40,009 nucleotides of DNA from Octopus bimaculoides (taxonomy: Eukaryota), in contig NC_068983.1 in NCBI RefSeq assembly GCF_001194135.2, positions 8,969,003 through 9,009,011 of the forward strand, in the 5' to 3' direction. Numbering within the stretch: the first letter of the stretch is position 1; every line of letters begins with the position of its first letter. The position numbers and the translations under genes were made by a program. Of this stretch, positions 35,905 through 40,009 are shown in pieces. A model generated the notes under the pieces. That model saw only the letters and a program-made list of their open reading frames with translations, had not been told where the DNA came from and made no database searches.

Positions 35905-36345
35905 GGGCTGCTTGATGGTGTTAACAAGATTTTCCGGACATTCATAAATCGCTATCTCTACCAACACCCACCAAGATGTGCTAATAGATCGAGAGAACCC
36001 GAATTAGTGCCAGTTACAAGGAACGTCTGAAGTACTTCGAGGCCTTTACCCATCCCGGCAGCGCAGTGACTTGTACTAACACTTCTCACCTCAAATTTTA
36101 GAGGCAAATACAGTTTGCCACAAATGCTTCTGGTTCTCTGGTGAATCGTCTATGGACGTATTATGACATCATCTGCAGCATGAAGATAAATGTACCACAG
36201 TGCTCCCTTGTCTCCTATTCTCCATGGAATACATAGCGCTCTACCACAGGAACATCAAGAGTCTGCCACGAGTCCACCTTTGTCACCAGTGCTCCATCTC
36301 GCATATAAGATGGTGGACATACTTTTATAACAAAGGTTTACATCT
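35905..36345 (+). pseudogene. RTE-clade LINE RT C-terminal fragment
   Basis: LYQHPP...FTHPGSAVT...LVNRLWTYYDI...TTVLPCLLFS.E..LYHRNIKSL...IRW. Confidence 0.8.
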
Positions 36346-36401
36346 TTATCCATCGTCGCTAACGATCCACAGCTATTGATTTATTTACGTAACTATTTGT
36401 A

Positions 36402-37262
36402 TACAACGTCTTGTCAAAAGTTTCCTGGTCTAGTTCTGTAGAGCACCTACTGAATACCGCATACCGTTGCGTGCGCAGTGAGAGCTAGCAGTGACCTTCA
36501 TGAGACAATGTACCGAGTGACATCGCTGTGCTTACTTCGCAAGTTTTGAAATTTGTTTTTTTCTGATCAAGTGTTTGCTGTAGTCTGAGATTTTGTCATA
36601 GGCAGGAAGAAAGTGTCAACGTGAAATTTTGCGTTAAACTTCGGAAGTCTGCTACAGTAATATTGAGCATGCTTCGGTAAGTTTACGGCTACGAAGCAGT
36701 AGGTCGGTCATACGTAATTTTTTGAAACATCACCCCGGAAATGTGGTATTGTGCAGCGAGAAAGTCGTCTTCCAAGTCCAGGCCGTCAATCGAGAGTTCT
36801 ACTGCAACGTTTGAAGCGCTTGAAAGAGTACTTTCGGTGAAAGCGACTGGATCTGTGGAGCGCGATGAATTCGATTCATCACATCGACAATGCACCTTGT
36901 CAACGAGCTCTCATCACTCGTATGTTTCTCCTCCAAAACAACATGGTATCGTCCTGCACCCGGCCGATTCACCGGATTTAGCACTTGCTGACTTCCATCC
37001 CATCTCCAAGATGAAAATGCAGCTCAACGCCTGCCGTTTTAACACCGTTGTCGAAATCCACAGCGAATCGCAGAAGGTCTTCCAATCACATACGCAAAAC
37101 GACTTCCAGGCCGGTTTCCAAAACTGACAGGAAAGCTGGGACCGGTGTATTGTTGCGCAACATGTCTAGTTTCAAAGGAAATAGATGTTAAAACTTAGGT
37201 TAATAAGTTATTTTATATGAAACGTAACTACTCTAAGGACTGTTTGATATCACCTTCAATTT
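36402..37262 (+). mobile_element. Internally deleted mariner (DD34D-type) with degenerate TIRs
   Basis: N-terminal KFCVKLRKSAT, then HHIDNAP, HPADSPDLALADF, KMKMQL, WDRCI. Partially matching termini next to TA. Confidence 0.88.
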
Positions 37263-37358
37263 ATTTATACCATTACACACAGACGGAGGCGCGCACACAG
37301 CACACACATACATACATACAGGCATTCGCACGCATGCATATATATATGTGTGTATATG

Positions 37359-37390
<32 letters not shown>

Positions 37391-37951
37391 AGTATGTATG
37401 ATTTCTCTTCATCATTTTGGAAGGAAGCTTTCGGCGCTCAAACAGATAAGTTCGAATATACGAAGAGTATATTTGGTATAGAGCAAATGACTAGGGTAAA
37501 GTTGGGTGTTTGCAGAGAATCACTCGACCCGAATACTGGGCTATCAAGACTGTCGAGATCCAAAACCGAAGCCGGAATATTTTACATATATACATGGAAT
37601 ATATACACATACATACACACATGCGTGTATATCCATCCATCCATACATGCATACATACATACATACATACATACAAGAGTAGTAAGAGGTCATATGGACC
37701 AGTAAAAAGACCAGTAGCCGATCGTTGAGAGAAGGTCGAGAGTCAAAGAGTCGAGAGTCGAACGTTCTAGTCAGTGTCGTGTGGAGATATCAGTAACATA
37801 GAAGTTAGTGTATTACTATTGCGGTACGAAGAGATACAACAGTACCTGATAACTAGTAACTATTGTGGCTATTAGCGTAAAACAGCAACTACATTACAAC
37901 GGCAATTACACATCATACCAGTAGGAGGAACCCACTTTAGAACACATACAT

Positions 37952-38536
37952 GCACAAAGGTGGGTTGAAAAGTTCATAGATTGATTATGAAAATGATACT
38001 GGAGCTTTTAAATCTTTCATGCAACAATGTCAACTCATTTCAATCATAACTGTATTGTTTTGTTCCCGGTAAACTGAAATCTTACATAAAAAGTAATATC
38101 TAGAGGCTTATCTTGAAAATGGACTAAATTTGGCATCATGGTTTTATCAAGTTCCTGCCAACAATGGGTTTAGCCCCAACGATATTCATGCTGATACGTT
38201 TGCTACATTAGGGCATGATGCTACAGCTTTATCAACAGCGCAAAGGTAGACAAATAAATTTAGGCGGGGAAGGTAGAGTCTTAAAGATGACCTAAGGTCT
38301 TGACGTCCTGCAACTGCCATCGCTGAGTAAGGCATTTATCGTGTTCACCACATAAGTGACGGATGACAGGTAATTGACAATATATCAAATAACTAATGCT
38401 ATTACCGTATCCTGTGAGAGAGTTGAGAATATTTTGCACTAACTTAGCATGACGAAGAATTCTCCACGTCTTCTAAACCCTGATCAAGAATACACCAGCC
38501 TTATCACATCACGGAAAAATTTCACAGTTTGTCAGG
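37952..38536 (+). mobile_element. Mariner 5' half (TIR plus HTH region), 3'-truncated
   Basis: TIR-like GGTGGGTTGAAAAGTTC. ATG at 38119: MD*IWHHGFIKF...DIHAD.FATLG...LKDDLRS*RPAT...RLLNPDQ. Confidence 0.85.
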
Positions 38537-38539
38537 GAA

Positions 38540-38885
38540 AGCGATGTCCAGTTGACATCGTAGTAGCATGAGATGATTCTTTCTCCAAAATATTGTCTCA
38601 GCAACTGTACTGTCTCCCTTGCGGCATGAGCAGTTGCATCATCTTGCTGGAACCATACATCGGACCTATATTGAATGGCCGGGTGCAAAAAGTTCTCGAT
38701 CATGGACCTGTACCACTCACCAGTCACAGCATTCTTATCATCGTCTTGAAAGAAATATGGCTCGATTATCTCATCCATCGTAAATGCACAGCTTACTGTA
38801 TATTTTATGGGATACAATTCTCTTTGGTACTCTCTGGGCTTGAATAACCTGATTTTGATAAAACAATTTCACCACTTAGGTGTGT
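38540..38885 (-). pseudogene. DD41D (rosa-type) Tc1/mariner transposase fragment
   Basis: IIEPYFFQDDDKNAVTGEWYRSMIENFL...WFQQDDATAHAARET...GERIIS...DVNW. The W lies 31 residues after the second D, consistent with DD41D spacing. Confidence 0.8.
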
Positions 38886-39013
38886 TGCCACGTTTTTCCA
38901 AAATTAATTTGCAAGACCAAGTCCAGAAATTTCCCGAAAAGTAAAAGCGGTCAAAAATGAAAGAATTAACAAAGAATGCAATCACTCAGTGACTTTTGGG
39001 TAACATTGTATTA

Positions 39014-39140
39014 GGGCGTCTTTCAGTTTCCGTCTACCAAATCCGTTCACAATGATTTATTCGCGCCGGGGTTAGAGTAGAATAAACCTACGCAGTGAGA
39101 CTAACTCAGAAGTATGTGGTTTAGAAAAAAGCATCTTACG
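39014..39140 (-). mobile_element. 5' part of tRNA-SINE family A, diverged
   Basis: TTTCAGTTTCCGTCTACCAAATCC...ACGCAGTGAGACT. Confidence 0.75.
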
Positions 39141-39699
39141 TGTGTGAAAATCTTATGACATCATTATATAACAATGAATTAACCAAAACGCAGTGGCACG
39201 TGCACAGTACCTGATCTTCATAACGTAAAAAAACATTTATTGAAAACTTGTAACATGAGATTGGTGATATATCAGTTAAAAAATAAATCTGAAAAAGAAT
39301 GAATTCAATATTCTTTAAATTCTTAATATTTCTTCATCATTATAATGCTCATTGTAAATAAAACGCATAAAATATACTTCGCTGAAATTATTCATTTTCC
39401 ATTAATTAGGCTTTTCAAATATGTTTTGTTTTTATTTTTCGGATAAGAAATGAAATAAATAAATAATTTAATTATAGTTTATAATTATGATTTCTCATTA
39501 GATTATTCTGTAAACATCTGATTCTCTACCGAATGAGTTATGTGGGCTGCTTAGACATAAATACTATGAAAGAGTTGGTGACATGGTTTTCTGCGTCTCA
39601 TTACATACGCATATGTGGGTGTGTATATTTATATGCACACCTACACATGTCACATGTGGAAAATTATACCATTTTTACTATTAAGAATATATAAGTTTG

Positions 39700-39721
<22 letters not shown>

Positions 39722-39732
<11 letters not shown>

Positions 39733-40009
39733 ACTTGGGGATGGTCATATTGCCAGTTTAGCCAATAAAAACACACGCACTGTATATTTGGTGTTAATTT
39801 GCTTCAGCTTTATATTACATTAATCTTAATCTTATTTCGGCCAGAGTTCTTTCGTCACACTTCTGTGACCTCATCAGTGGTCCTTTGTTTCCTTCCTTCT
39901 TATGTGTGTCTCACCTTGCTAAATATCAGCCATTTTGTATTCTGTATTCCTATTGTATGTGTCTTTCAATGTGTCTGTGTCTTTTGTAAGTGCATGTGTG
40001 TATGGGGAG
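39722..40009 (-). mobile_element. Penelope-like terminal repeat, cut by the window end
   Basis: Contains an intact HHR core and ends in GTACAACAACAT at an (AT)n run. PLE assignment is inferred from the HHR type. Confidence 0.6.
39839..39883 (-). ncRNA. Minimal type I hammerhead ribozyme with intact core
   Basis: GGACCA-CTGATGA-G-GTCACA(GAAG)TGTGAC-GAAA-G-AA-CTC-TGGCC: 6-bp stem II, stem I CCA/TGG extendable past a bulge, cleavage triplet CUC. Confidence 0.75.

Noticed and set aside
37680-37945. LTR-like segment with short GTCGAGA repeats
   Set aside because: No TG...CA termini, PBS, PPT or second copy could be identified.

Overview
AT-rich eukaryotic genomic DNA with four assembly gaps, all flanked by (AT)n-type microsatellites. 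The microsatellite load and the SINE families I recognise suggest an octopod cephalopod; this is inference, not a database result. No complete host gene can be supported, and most ORFs in the supplied track are microsatellite or N-gap artefacts. The window is dominated by transposon relics: three tRNA-derived SINE families, four Tc1/mariner-superfamily relics (mariner, DD37D/maT, DD41D/rosa types), Helitron-derived elements, an R4/Dong-type RLE LINE, a Tx1/L1-type LINE, two RTE fragments and Penelope-like (PLE) remnants. The most interesting signal is a set of minimal type I hammerhead ribozyme (HHR) motifs from at least three, possibly four, unrelated families. One sits in the tail of a tRNA-headed SINE arranged as a head-to-head fold-back (13327-13760), which suggests a SINE using Penelope-type termini and machinery. 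Two CpG-richer unique segments (about 15.5-15.8 kb and 30.2-30.5 kb) are weak promoter/first-exon candidates.
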